DNA of 39,311 nt from Clostridia bacterium (GTDB taxonomy: Bacteria; Bacillota; Clostridia; Christensenellales; CAG-138): contig JAFSHG010000051.1 in NCBI GenBank assembly GCA_017440405.1, positions 1 to 39,311 of the forward strand. The letters are read 5' to 3'. The notes beneath the pieces are model-generated. The model was not told the origin of the DNA. It did not search any database and saw nothing but the letters and a program-made list of their open reading frames with translations. Below are positions 27,557-36,713 of this stretch, piece by piece. The first letter of the stretch is position 1, and every line of letters starts with the position of its first letter. The position numbers were made by a program, and so were the translations under genes.

Positions 27557-27597
27557 TTGACAGTAAAAGTGCATTTTGATAGAATAGTTCTATTACA
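27557..27597 (+). promoter_or_regulatory. Strong sigmaA promoter of pilT with an overlapping palindrome
   Basis: TTGACA-N17-TAGAAT with extended TGn. The inverted repeat ATAGAA-tag-TTCTAT overlaps -10/+1. Confidence 0.7.
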
Positions 27598-27619
27598 GTA
27601 ACAGAAGGATGGAGCTTAT

Positions 27620-28684
27620 ATGGAACCGATTTATAAATATAGTGAAAAAATAACACGCTACCTTAATATGAATGAAGAATATAATGCTTCGGATATGCAT
27701 TTGAAATCAGGTATTACCCCCATTATTCGTGTGGGAAGTATGTTAAAGAGTCTGGATTCCGTGCCGCTTACCAGCGAGGAGATATTCGAGTTTGCAAACC
27801 AGTTTATGACTGATAAGCAAAAGAAAACATTGGAGGATTTTCATGAGGTTGATTCATCATTCTTCAATGGCGAGCAGCGTTACAGATGCAATGTTTATCG
27901 TGACATAAACGGCTATAATATTTCCATTCGTCGTGTAATGTTGCAGCTCAGCAGCTTTGAAAAACTCGGTATTCCCGAATGTATAAAGCCGCTTGCGCTC
28001 AAAAAAAGCGGAATGATTCTCTTCACAGGCCCCACGGGAAGCGGTAAATCCACCACGCTTTCGTGTATTGTGGACTTTCTGAACCATAAAGTAAATTCGC
28101 ATATTATAACATTGGAAGACCCCATTGAGTGTATTCACAAGTCAAATACTTGTCTCATCTCTCAGCGTGAAGTGGGGCGTGATACGGTGAGTTTTGAAAA
28201 GGGTTTGCAGGCGGCAATGCGCCAAGACCCCGATGTCATTATGTTGGGTGAGATGAGAAGCATAGAGAGCGTTTCCACGGCGGTGAGTGCAGCGGAAACA
28301 GGCCATCTTATGTTGTCCACCCTGCATACCAAGGGATGTGAGAACACCATTGACCGTATCATAGATATGTTCCCGGCAGGGCAGCAGAACCAGATACGAG
28401 TGCAGCTTTCCATGGTGCTTTTGGGCGTGGTATCGCAGCAGCTTGTGCCGAGGATTGATGTGCCAAACGGACGTGTGCTTGCAACGGAGGTTATGATTGC
28501 AAGCGGTGCAATAAAAAATCTTATAAGAACAGGAAAAACGCATCAGATAACGTCCACCATACAAACATCCGCATCCATGGGTATGCATACCATGGACAGC
28601 AGCTTGCAAAAACTGTATGAGGACGGAATCATATCCGAAGAAAGTGTGAAGATGTATTCATTCAACACCGATGCATCGAACTGA
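27620..28684 (+). CDS. pilT: Type IV pilus retraction ATPase
   Basis: ASD.HL..G..P..R, GPTGSGKST, TLEDPIE, QREVG.DT, RQDPDVI.LGEMR, AETGHL..STLH, AIKNLIR (AIRNLIRE motif). Confidence 0.93.
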   Translation: MEPIYKYSEKITRYLNMNEEYNASDMHLKSGITPIIRVGSMLKSLDSVPLTSEEIFEFANQFMTDKQKKTLEDFHEVDSSFFNGEQRYRCNVYRDINGYNISIRRVMLQLSSFEKLGIPECIKPLALKKSGMILFTGPTGSGKSTTLSCIVDFLNHKVNSHIITLEDPIECIHKSNTCLISQREVGRDTVSFEKGLQAAMRQDPDVIMLGEMRSIESVSTAVSAAETGHLMLSTLHTKGCENTIDRIIDMFPAGQQNQIRVQLSMVLLGVVSQQLVPRIDVPNGRVLATEVMIASGAIKNLIRTGKTHQITSTIQTSASMGMHTMDSSLQKLYEDGIISEESVKMYSFNTDASN

Positions 28685-28861
28685 TTTTCCTGTACCGAGA
28701 ATCCGTACTTATCAGGTCAGCTGGCGGTGCAATGGTTGACGCCGAGGCGCACGAACCAGATGAAGGCCGCGACGAGATGTTCCGTTTTATTACTGCGGTA
28801 CAAAAAACAAACCGCGAAAGGCCTTGACTTTCGGGGCGAACAGAGTTACCATACACACGAC

Positions 28862-28915
28862 AAAAAGGGGCTGTGGAATAAGCAGCGGTTTTTAATGTGC
28901 TTATTTCACAGCCCC
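28862..28915 (-). terminator. Long hairpin; terminator of the acidic-protein gene
   Basis: GGGGCTGTGGAATAAGCA-N13-TGCTTATTTCACAGCCCC 18-bp stem, with a T run on the minus strand. Confidence 0.75.
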
Positions 28916-28944
28916 CTCAAAGAAGCAAGAATACTAAAAGAACC

Positions 28945-29256
28945 TCATTCCCAGTCTATCTCGCCGTTTTCGGAAAGATAGCTTTCCGAAACTTCCAGAT
29001 AGTCGTCCACCAGACATTCCAAATACATTTTATAGGCTGAGAAGTCCTTGTTCATGCCGGCTAAGATATAGTCAAAGGCAGCATCGTCATCGTAGTCACA
29101 TTCGCCGTTCTCATCGGGTGTGAGGGAGTCTATGTACTCCATCTCAAAATCTACAAGCGCAGAAACCACCTTTACAAAGTCGGTATCCATAAAACTGTAA
29201 TCGTTCATCTTTGCAAGTTTTTCCTGCACATAGTTTTTCATATCCTGTTTGTTCAT
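28945..29256 (-). CDS. Hypothetical highly acidic small protein (103 aa)
   Basis: ATG 29256 with GAGGAGG. Own promoter TTGTTT-N17-TATAAT (29312-29284) and own terminator. Confidence 0.8.
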   Translation of the reverse strand: MNKQDMKNYVQEKLAKMNDYSFMDTDFVKVVSALVDFEMEYIDSLTPDENGECDYDDDAAFDYILAGMNKDFSAYKMYLECLVDDYLEVSESYLSENGEIDWE

Positions 29257-29359
29257 ATAAAAACCTCCTCGTTTTATACCGTGATTATAGCACAGAATAT
29301 GCCGCAAAACAATAGATGCAAATGCGTGGGGCCGCGGAAGAAAAACGGGGTGTATTAAG

Positions 29360-29388
29360 TTGACATAAAACGCTGCTTGTGTTATATT
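29360..29388 (+). promoter_or_regulatory. sigmaA promoter of the hut operon
   Basis: TTGACA-N17-TATATT with extended TGn. Confidence 0.75.
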
Positions 29389-29442
29389 TTGAATGTTGGA
29401 TTATATTTATTTTTCAGTTGTATAAACGGAGGGAATATATGT

Positions 29443-30996
29443 ATGGAAAGAATGAAAAATCCCGAGCACATTGAAAGAGTAGTTATTGACGGTCATTCGC
29501 TCACCGTAGAGCAAGCGGTGGCAGTTGCTCGCTTCGGTGCAAAGGTGGAGATAGCACCGCCCGCCGTGGCAGCAATGCAGGCGTCACGGGCTTTGGTGGA
29601 AAAAATCTTGGATGAAAACCGTGTTGCATATGGTATAAGCACAGGCTTTGGCGAGTTTTCAAAAGTTTCCGTGGGCAGGGAAAAGAGCGGACAGCTCCAA
29701 GATAATTTGATTATGAGCCATTGTGTGGCAGTGGGAACACCGCTGAATGAAGAAACCACCCGTGCAATGCTGCTTTTGCGTGCAAATGCACTCTGTGTGG
29801 GTAACAGCGGCATACGCCCCGAGATAGTAAAGACGCTGGTGGATATGCTAAATGCGGGTGTACATCCCGTAATCCCCGAGAAAGGTTCATTGGGTGCAAG
29901 CGGAGATTTAGCACCGCTCTCACATATGGCACTCGTGGTACTCGGAATGGGCGAGGCTATGTATAAGGGAGAAAAACTCCCCGGCAAGACGGCAATGGAG
30001 CGTGCAGGACTTCCCACATTCCGTTTGCAGGCAAAAGAAGGTCTTGCGCTCATAAACGGTACACAGTGTATGACGGCAGTGGGCGTTTTAGCATACTATG
30101 ACGCACACAGAGCGGCAGAACTTGCAGACATCATAGGCTCCATGACGCTCGAAGCTCTCACGGGACTTAAAAACGCATTCGACCCCCGAGTACATGCAGT
30201 ACGTCCCCATGCAGGTCAGTCGCTGGTGGCAAAGAATTTCCGACTTCTCACAGAAAACAGCGAACTTCTTGATGCATCACAGAATTTGCGTGTACAGGAT
30301 GCATATGCATTGCGCTGCATACCTCAGGTACACGGTGCAATTCGTGATTCACTGAATTACATAAGGGGCGTGGTGGAGACGGAAATGAACTCCGTAACGG
30401 ATAATCCGCTTCTCTTTTTAGACGATGAAAGCGTGATATCGGGAGGTAACTTCCACGGTGAACCCATGGCACTTGTAATGGACTTTTTGGGTATTGCAGT
30501 GAGCGAGATTGCCGACATATCGGAAAGACGTCTTGAACGACTTGTAAACCCGGCACTCTCCAATGGACTCCCTGCATTTTTGACACCCAACGGCGGATTA
30601 AACAGCGGCTATATGATATGCCAGTATTCGGCAGCGTCCATGGTTTCCGAAAACAAAGTGTATGCGCATCCCGCAAGCGTGGACTCCATCCCGTCAAGCG
30701 CAAACCAGGAAGACATAGTGAGCATGGGTACTACGGCGGCAAGAAAGAGCAGACTCATTGTGGAAAACACATTCTCTGTACTCGGATTTGAACTCATGGC
30801 AGCCGTACAGGGACTGGACTTGCGTGACATGAAGGCATCGCCCGTACACTGCAAGGTGGCAGAATTGGTGCGAGAGGGGATACCCTTCTTCGATAAGGAC
30901 AGGGAGATAAGAATTGATATAGAATTCATGGAAAAACTCATAAGATGCGGCGTTATAGAAAACACCGTGAAAGAGATGATTCCCGAATTTTGTTGA
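29443..30996 (+). CDS. hutH: Histidine ammonia-lyase
   Basis: YGISTGFG, LIMSH, GSLGASGDLAPL (MIO-forming ASG), KEGLALINGT, QDAY.LRC.PQVHG, GGNFHG, NQED.VSMG. Confidence 0.97.
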   Translation: MERMKNPEHIERVVIDGHSLTVEQAVAVARFGAKVEIAPPAVAAMQASRALVEKILDENRVAYGISTGFGEFSKVSVGREKSGQLQDNLIMSHCVAVGTPLNEETTRAMLLLRANALCVGNSGIRPEIVKTLVDMLNAGVHPVIPEKGSLGASGDLAPLSHMALVVLGMGEAMYKGEKLPGKTAMERAGLPTFRLQAKEGLALINGTQCMTAVGVLAYYDAHRAAELADIIGSMTLEALTGLKNAFDPRVHAVRPHAGQSLVAKNFRLLTENSELLDASQNLRVQDAYALRCIPQVHGAIRDSLNYIRGVVETEMNSVTDNPLLFLDDESVISGGNFHGEPMALVMDFLGIAVSEIADISERRLERLVNPALSNGLPAFLTPNGGLNSGYMICQYSAASMVSENKVYAHPASVDSIPSSANQEDIVSMGTTAARKSRLIVENTFSVLGFELMAAVQGLDLRDMKASPVHCKVAELVREGIPFFDKDREIRIDIEFMEKLIRCGVIENTVKEMIPEFC

Positions 30997-31044
30997 TTAA
31001 AATAAAAAAACGGGCTCAGCCGAAAATATTATAGGAGGAGAAAC

Positions 31045-33060
31045 ATGGAATTTGATGTAAAACAGGCTATGCAAATCAGACTTTCCGATGACTTGCCGGA
31101 GTATCCTGCATTTGAGGCAGGCATAAGGCGCGCGCCAAAGCGTGAATCGCAACTGTCACAGCGTGACAAAGAGCTTGCCGTGAAAAATGCGTTGCGCTAT
31201 ATTCCGAAGCAACACCATGCAAAAATGGCAGAGGAATTCATGCAGGAATTGGAAGAAACGGGCAGGATATACGGTTACAGATTCCGTCCGCAAGGCAGGA
31301 TATACGGCAGACCCATTGACACATATGAGGGCAAATGCATAGAGGGCAAGGCCTTTCAGGTGATGATGGACAACAATCTGGACTTTGAGGTGGCACTCTA
31401 TCCGTATGAACTCGTTACATATGGTGAAACAGGTCAGGTTTGTCAAAACTGGATGCAGTACGTTCTCATACAGAAATACTTGCGTGTGATGACGGACGAA
31501 CAGACCTTGGTGGTGGAATCGGGTCACCCCTTGGGACTTTTTAAATCTCACAAAACAGCTCCTCGTGTAATCATAACAAACGGTCTCATGGTGGGACTTT
31601 TCGATAATCAGGCAGATTTTAACCGTGCAGCAGCACTGGGCGTTGCAAACTACGGTCAGATGACGGCAGGCGGTTGGATGTATATAGGTCCGCAAGGCAT
31701 AGTACACGGCACATTCAACACTCTTTTGAATGCAGGCAGACTGAAACTCGGCATATCAAAGGATGAGGATTTGGCAGGTAAACTCTTTGTTTCGGCAGGC
31801 TTGGGCGGCATGAGCGGTGCCCAGGGTAAGGCAGCAGAGATTGCAGGTGCTGTTTCCATTATAGCCGAGGTGGACATTTCACGTGTGATGACTCGCTATA
31901 ATCAGGGCTGGGTGAGCAAGTATTCAGATAGTCTGGACGAGTGTGCAGCATGGGCAAAGGAAGCATTGGAAAAGAAAACTGCTTGTGCCATAGCATATGT
32001 GGGAAATGTCATAGACCTCTTGGAGTACGTTCTCAAAAACGACATCCATGTGGATTTGCTTTCAGACCAGACTTCGTGTCATGTTCCCTATGACGGCGGC
32101 TACTGTCCGCAAGGGATAACATTCCCGGAGCGTACAAGACTGCTTGCAGAGGATAAGGAGAAGTTCATAGAACTTGTGAACGTGAGCTTGCGTCATCACT
32201 ATGAGCTTATATGCGAACTTTCAGAACAGGGTACATACTTCTTTGACTACGGCAACAGCTTCTTGAAAGCCGTTTATGATGCAGGGGTACAATCCATATG
32301 TAAAAACGGTGTTGATGAAAAAGACGGATTCATATTCCCGTCATATGTGGAAGACATATTGGGACCTCAACTGTTTGACTACGGTTACGGACCGTTCCGT
32401 TGGGTGTGTCTCAGCGGCAAGCCTGAAGATTTGGACGCAACGGATAAGGCGGCAATGGACTGCATAGACCCAACTCGTCGCTATCAGGACAGAGATAACT
32501 GGGTATGGGTGCGTGATGCAAAGAAAAATAAAATGGTGGTAGGTACACAGGCTCGCATTCTGTATCAGGACGCAATGGGCAGAACAAAAATCGCTCTGAA
32601 ATTCAACGAAATGGTAAGAAAGGGCGAGATAGGCCCCGTCATGCTCGGCAGAGACCACCACGACACGGGCGGTACGGATTCACCCTTCCGTGAAACCAGC
32701 AACATAAAAGACGGTTCAAACATCATGGCGGACATGGCAGTACAGTGCTATGCAGGTAATGCCGCAAGAGGTATGAGCCTCATAGCCCTCCACAACGGCG
32801 GCGGTGTGGGCATAGGCAAGTCGGTAAACGGCGGATTCGGCATGGTGCTGGACGGTTCGGAGCGAGTGGATACCATACTCTCCATGGCAATGCCTTGGGA
32901 TACCATGGGCGGTGTTGCAAGACGTTCATGGGCAAGGAATGAAAATTCCATAGCGACTTGCATTGAATTCAACACAGAATATCCCGAAAACCATATCACA
33001 TTACCCTTTGTGGCGGATGAAGAATTGGTAAAATCGGTTGTAGAAAAGCATAACAAATAA
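31045..33060 (+). CDS. hutU: Urocanate hydratase (long form)
   Basis: NNLD..VA..P.ELVTYG, YGQMTAG...YIGPQGIVHGT, GLGGMSGAQ, SDQTSCH, GPFRWV, GRDHHD, HNGGGVG. Confidence 0.98.
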   Translation: MEFDVKQAMQIRLSDDLPEYPAFEAGIRRAPKRESQLSQRDKELAVKNALRYIPKQHHAKMAEEFMQELEETGRIYGYRFRPQGRIYGRPIDTYEGKCIEGKAFQVMMDNNLDFEVALYPYELVTYGETGQVCQNWMQYVLIQKYLRVMTDEQTLVVESGHPLGLFKSHKTAPRVIITNGLMVGLFDNQADFNRAAALGVANYGQMTAGGWMYIGPQGIVHGTFNTLLNAGRLKLGISKDEDLAGKLFVSAGLGGMSGAQGKAAEIAGAVSIIAEVDISRVMTRYNQGWVSKYSDSLDECAAWAKEALEKKTACAIAYVGNVIDLLEYVLKNDIHVDLLSDQTSCHVPYDGGYCPQGITFPERTRLLAEDKEKFIELVNVSLRHHYELICELSEQGTYFFDYGNSFLKAVYDAGVQSICKNGVDEKDGFIFPSYVEDILGPQLFDYGYGPFRWVCLSGKPEDLDATDKAAMDCIDPTRRYQDRDNWVWVRDAKKNKMVVGTQARILYQDAMGRTKIALKFNEMVRKGEIGPVMLGRDHHDTGGTDSPFRETSNIKDGSNIMADMAVQCYAGNAARGMSLIALHNGGGVGIGKSVNGGFGMVLDGSERVDTILSMAMPWDTMGGVARRSWARNENSIATCIEFNTEYPENHITLPFVADEELVKSVVEKHNK

Positions 33061-33084
33061 AAACATAATCAGGAGGATATAAAA

Positions 33085-34008
33085 ATGGCAAAGTTAATCG
33101 AGTGCATACCCAATATCAGCGAGGGTGTAAACATGGAGCTTGTGGAGCGTATGCTCAAAGTGGTAACAGATGAGGGCGTAAGACTCTTAAACCACTCATC
33201 AGACCCCAAACACAACAGAAGCGTTATCACATTCGTGGGAACACCCGAACAGGTGGAAGAAGCTGCTGTGGCACTTGCAAAAGCTGCTGCAAAGGAGATA
33301 GATCTCACAAAGCATACGGGTGAACATCCGAGGATGGGTGCGCTGGATGTATGTCCCTTCGTTCCCATAAAGGAAGTTACCATTGAAGAAACAAAAGAAG
33401 TTGCACTTCGTGTAGCCGAGCGTATAGCAAAGGAAGCGGATGTACCAGTATTCTTGTATGAAGAATCGGCATCGGCTCCTCACCGCAGGAATCTTCCTAA
33501 AATCCGTAACGATGTACAGTTTGAGGGCATGGCGGAGAAAGTTTTACTGGACGATTGGCATCCCGATTTTGGCGGCAACAGAATACATCCCACGGCAGGT
33601 GTGACGGCAGTGGGTGTGCGAGCACCGCTTGTGGCATACAATATAAACCTCAGCACAGACGATGTTTCCATTGCAAAGCGCATAGCAAATGTTATCCGTG
33701 AAGCAAAGGGCGGTTTCAAGTGTGTAAAGGCAATGGGTTTTGGTGTGGAAGTGGACGGCAAGCAGGTTGCTCAGGTTTCCATAAACATGACGGACTTCAC
33801 TCAGACACCTCTTTACAGGGTGTTTGAAACGGTAAAAATGGAAGCGGAGCGTTACGGCGTGCATGTAATCGGAAGTGAAATAGTGGGACTCACACCCATG
33901 AATGCATTGATTGACTCGGCTATGTACTACTTGAAGCTTGAAAACAGAGAGGGACATGACACATACTTTGACAAAAACGGTCAGGTGCTTGAAAACTATC
34001 TCATGTAA
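33085..34008 (+). CDS. ftcD: Glutamate formiminotransferase
   Basis: ECIPN.SEG, D..HNRSV.T, H.GEHPRMGA.DV.PF.P, HPTAG, AQVS.N.TD, SEIVGL. Confidence 0.95.
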   Translation: MAKLIECIPNISEGVNMELVERMLKVVTDEGVRLLNHSSDPKHNRSVITFVGTPEQVEEAAVALAKAAAKEIDLTKHTGEHPRMGALDVCPFVPIKEVTIEETKEVALRVAERIAKEADVPVFLYEESASAPHRRNLPKIRNDVQFEGMAEKVLLDDWHPDFGGNRIHPTAGVTAVGVRAPLVAYNINLSTDDVSIAKRIANVIREAKGGFKCVKAMGFGVEVDGKQVAQVSINMTDFTQTPLYRVFETVKMEAERYGVHVIGSEIVGLTPMNALIDSAMYYLKLENREGHDTYFDKNGQVLENYLM

Positions 34009-34011
34009 TTT

Positions 34012-35232
34012 ATGAAAACACTTATAAAAAACATAGGCTGCATTGCTACTGTGCGTGGCAATGCGGCAAAGTCCGGAAAAGCACAGGGCGATGTCACATT
34101 CACGGAAAATGCATGGATACTGTGCGAGGACGGTAAAATCACGGATATCGGCACGGGAGATGCACCTTGCGGTGCAGTCAACACCGTGGATGCAGAGGGT
34201 AATCTTCTCACGGCTGGGCTTGTGGACTCACATACGCACCTTGTATTTGGCGGTTGGCGTGAAAATGAGCTTGCAATGAAATTGCACGGCGTGGAATATC
34301 TGGACATACTCAGACAGGGCGGAGGCATACTCTCTACGGTGAAATTCACACGTGCCGCAAGCGAAGATGAACTCACGGAAAAGACACGGGATATACTCAG
34401 TGAAATGCTTGCACTTGGCACCACCACATGCGAAGCAAAGAGCGGATACGGACTTTCCGTAGAAGCGGAGCTAAAACAGCTCCGTGTTGTGAAAAAACTC
34501 AACGAAACACAGTCCGTGGAACTCGTATCCACATTCATGGCAGCTCATGCAGTACCACCCGAATACAAGGGGAATAAATCGGGATATGTGGACGAGATAG
34601 TAAATAATATGTTGCCTGAAATAAAGGATTTAGCTGAGTTTTGCGATGTGTTCTGTGAAACGGCAGTGTTTGATGCGCAAGACTCAAAGCGCATACTGGA
34701 AGCGGCACAGCGCATGGGCTTGGGCGCAAAGATACATGCAGACGAGATAGACCCCATAGGCGGAAGCGAGCTTGCGGGCGAAATAGGTGCAATATCTGCA
34801 GAGCATCTCATAGCCTGCCGTGAGAGCGGCATCCGTTCCATGGCAAAGGGCGGCACTGTGGCAGTATGCTTGCCGTGTACGTCTTTCTATCTGGGGAAAG
34901 GTTTTGCACCTGCTCGTGATATGATAGAGGCAGGCGTCCCCGTTGCCATAGCGTCCGACTTTAACCCGGGTTCCACGCCCAACTTATCATTGCAGCTTGC
35001 CATGAACATGGGCTGTTATAAGTACAGAATGACTCCCGAGGAAGTTTTGACGGCAGTTACGTTAAATGCAGCCGCCGCCATAGGCAGAGCGGATAAAATC
35101 GGTACGGTGGAAGTGGGAAAACAGGCAGACTTTGTGATTTGGGACGCTCCGAATCTGAACAGAGTATTCTACCGTTACGGACATAATCAGGTAAAGACCG
35201 TGATAAAGCACGGTGAAGTGATAAAGAAATGA
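34012..35232 (+). CDS. hutI: Imidazolonepropionase
   Basis: DSHTHLVFGG.R..E, GGGILSTV, E.KSGYGL, DVFCE, HADE, SAEHL, SDFNPG. Confidence 0.97.
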   Translation: MKTLIKNIGCIATVRGNAAKSGKAQGDVTFTENAWILCEDGKITDIGTGDAPCGAVNTVDAEGNLLTAGLVDSHTHLVFGGWRENELAMKLHGVEYLDILRQGGGILSTVKFTRAASEDELTEKTRDILSEMLALGTTTCEAKSGYGLSVEAELKQLRVVKKLNETQSVELVSTFMAAHAVPPEYKGNKSGYVDEIVNNMLPEIKDLAEFCDVFCETAVFDAQDSKRILEAAQRMGLGAKIHADEIDPIGGSELAGEIGAISAEHLIACRESGIRSMAKGGTVAVCLPCTSFYLGKGFAPARDMIEAGVPVAIASDFNPGSTPNLSLQLAMNMGCYKYRMTPEEVLTAVTLNAAAAIGRADKIGTVEVGKQADFVIWDAPNLNRVFYRYGHNQVKTVIKHGEVIKK

Positions 35233-35245
35233 GGAGGAAGACAAA

Positions 35246-35872
35246 ATGAAACTTAAAGATATGACAGTGGAACAGTTTACACAGACTCTTGCATCGGATG
35301 CACCCGCTCCGGGTGGCGGAAGCGCAAGTGCCGTGGCAGGTGCTATGGGTATAGCACTCGGACAGATGGTCGCAAAACTTACTCTGGGCAAGAAGAAGTA
35401 CTTGGAGTTTGATGAAAACAGCAGAAAGGTAATAGAAGAAGCCGAAAGCGTGATTTCCGAAATGATACAGGGCATAGACACGGATACGGACGCATTTAAT
35501 CTTGTATCTTCAGCATATGCAATGCCAAAGGAGACGGACGAGGAGAAGAAAGCACGCAGTGCAGCTATTCAGGACGGCTTGAAAGAATGTGCAAGAGTCC
35601 CCTTTGAGCTCGTACTCCGTTGTGAAAAGGCACTTTGCATTCTCATGCCGCTGCTTGGAAAATTCAACACAAACTGTGCAAGCGATTTGGGTGTGGGTGC
35701 ATTGAATTTGCGTTCCGCTGCATTGGGTGCATGGTTGAATGTACTCATAAACGTGGGCAGTTTGAAGGATACGGAACTGGCTGAGAAATACAAGTCGGAA
35801 GGCAAGCGTGCCGTAGATAATATCTGCAAAATGGCAGACGAGATATATGAACACGCAATCGGTTTGATGTAA
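35246..35872 (+). CDS. fchA: Formimino-THF cyclodeaminase / methenyl-THF cyclohydrolase family protein (FTCD_C)
   Basis: LAS..PAPGGGSASA, D..AF, SDL, A.LNVLIN..SLKD. Confidence 0.9.
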   Translation: MKLKDMTVEQFTQTLASDAPAPGGGSASAVAGAMGIALGQMVAKLTLGKKKYLEFDENSRKVIEEAESVISEMIQGIDTDTDAFNLVSSAYAMPKETDEEKKARSAAIQDGLKECARVPFELVLRCEKALCILMPLLGKFNTNCASDLGVGALNLRSAALGAWLNVLINVGSLKDTELAEKYKSEGKRAVDNICKMADEIYEHAIGLM

Positions 35873-35873
35873 T

Positions 35874-36713
35874 ATGGAAAAACTCTTGGGAGCAGATGTG
35901 GTATCTGCCATGACTGAAAAAATGAGGGAGCAGCTTACAAAAATGCAGGCTGCCCCCTGTCTTGCAACTGTGCGAGTGGGCGAAAAGGGCGATGATATTT
36001 CATATGAGCGCGGAGCAAAAAAACGTATGGAGAAATTGGGCATCGAGTGCAAAAGCTATGTGTTTGACGCCGATATCTCAAACGATGATTTTATGCGTGA
36101 GTTCTCCCGTATAAACGAAGATGAGTCCGTAAACGGCATTCTCCTTTTGCGTCCGCTTCCGAAACATTTAGACGAAAAGAAAATATGCGAGATTATAAAT
36201 CCCGAAAAAGATGTGGACTGCATAAGCCCCGTGAATATAGAAAAAGTTTTCGTGGGCGATGAAACAGGCTTTTTGCCTTGCACTGCCGCCGCCGTCATGG
36301 AATGTCTCAGCTTTGCGAATGTGGATTTGCAGGGTAAAAATGCAGTGGTGGTGGGAAGAAGTCTTGTGGTTGGAAAACCGCTCTCCATGCTGCTTCTGAA
36401 TAAGAATGCAACTGTCACCATATGTCATTCCAAAACACAGGATTTGGCACAGGTGTGCAGTCGTGCCGATGTCCTCATATCATGCATAGGCAGGGCAAAA
36501 ATGCTCACCGATGCACATGTAAAGTCGGGTGCCGTGGTAATAGATGTGGGTATAAATGTGGACGATGACGGCAAACTCTGCGGCGACTTTGACTTTGAAA
36601 AAGCATCCGAAAAAGCTCAGATAATAACACCCGTACCGGGCGGCGTGGGGTCTGTGACAACTGCCGTTTTGGGTTTGCAGGTAATTCGGGCTGCAAAAAT
36701 GCAATGGAAATAA
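35874..36713 (+). CDS. folD: Methylene-THF dehydrogenase (FolD family; probably lacks cyclohydrolase activity)
   Basis: KDVD, PCT, GRS..VGKP, TVTICHS, IDVG.N, TPVPGGVG. YERGA replaces YxxxK and L replaces the conserved Q. Confidence 0.93.
   Translation: MEKLLGADVVSAMTEKMREQLTKMQAAPCLATVRVGEKGDDISYERGAKKRMEKLGIECKSYVFDADISNDDFMREFSRINEDESVNGILLLRPLPKHLDEKKICEIINPEKDVDCISPVNIEKVFVGDETGFLPCTAAAVMECLSFANVDLQGKNAVVVGRSLVVGKPLSMLLLNKNATVTICHSKTQDLAQVCSRADVLISCIGRAKMLTDAHVKSGAVVIDVGINVDDDGKLCGDFDFEKASEKAQIITPVPGGVGSVTTAVLGLQVIRAAKMQWK

Noticed and set aside
27402-27619. c-di-GMP riboswitch upstream of pilT
   Set aside because: The GACGCAA stretch belongs to the alr terminator and lies upstream of the pilT promoter. 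The leader is only about 30 nt.
28691-28830. Hammerhead ribozyme, SRP RNA or riboswitch
   Set aside because: CAGATGA is not the CUGANGA core with the required stems, the SRP GGAAGGAAGCAG loop is absent, and no known aptamer consensus was recognised.
28727-28981. Stop-codon read-through or selenocysteine extension of pilT (frame stays open after TGA)
   Set aside because: PilT is already full length, the extension has no recognisable features and runs through a hairpin into the convergent gene, and I could not identify a SECIS.
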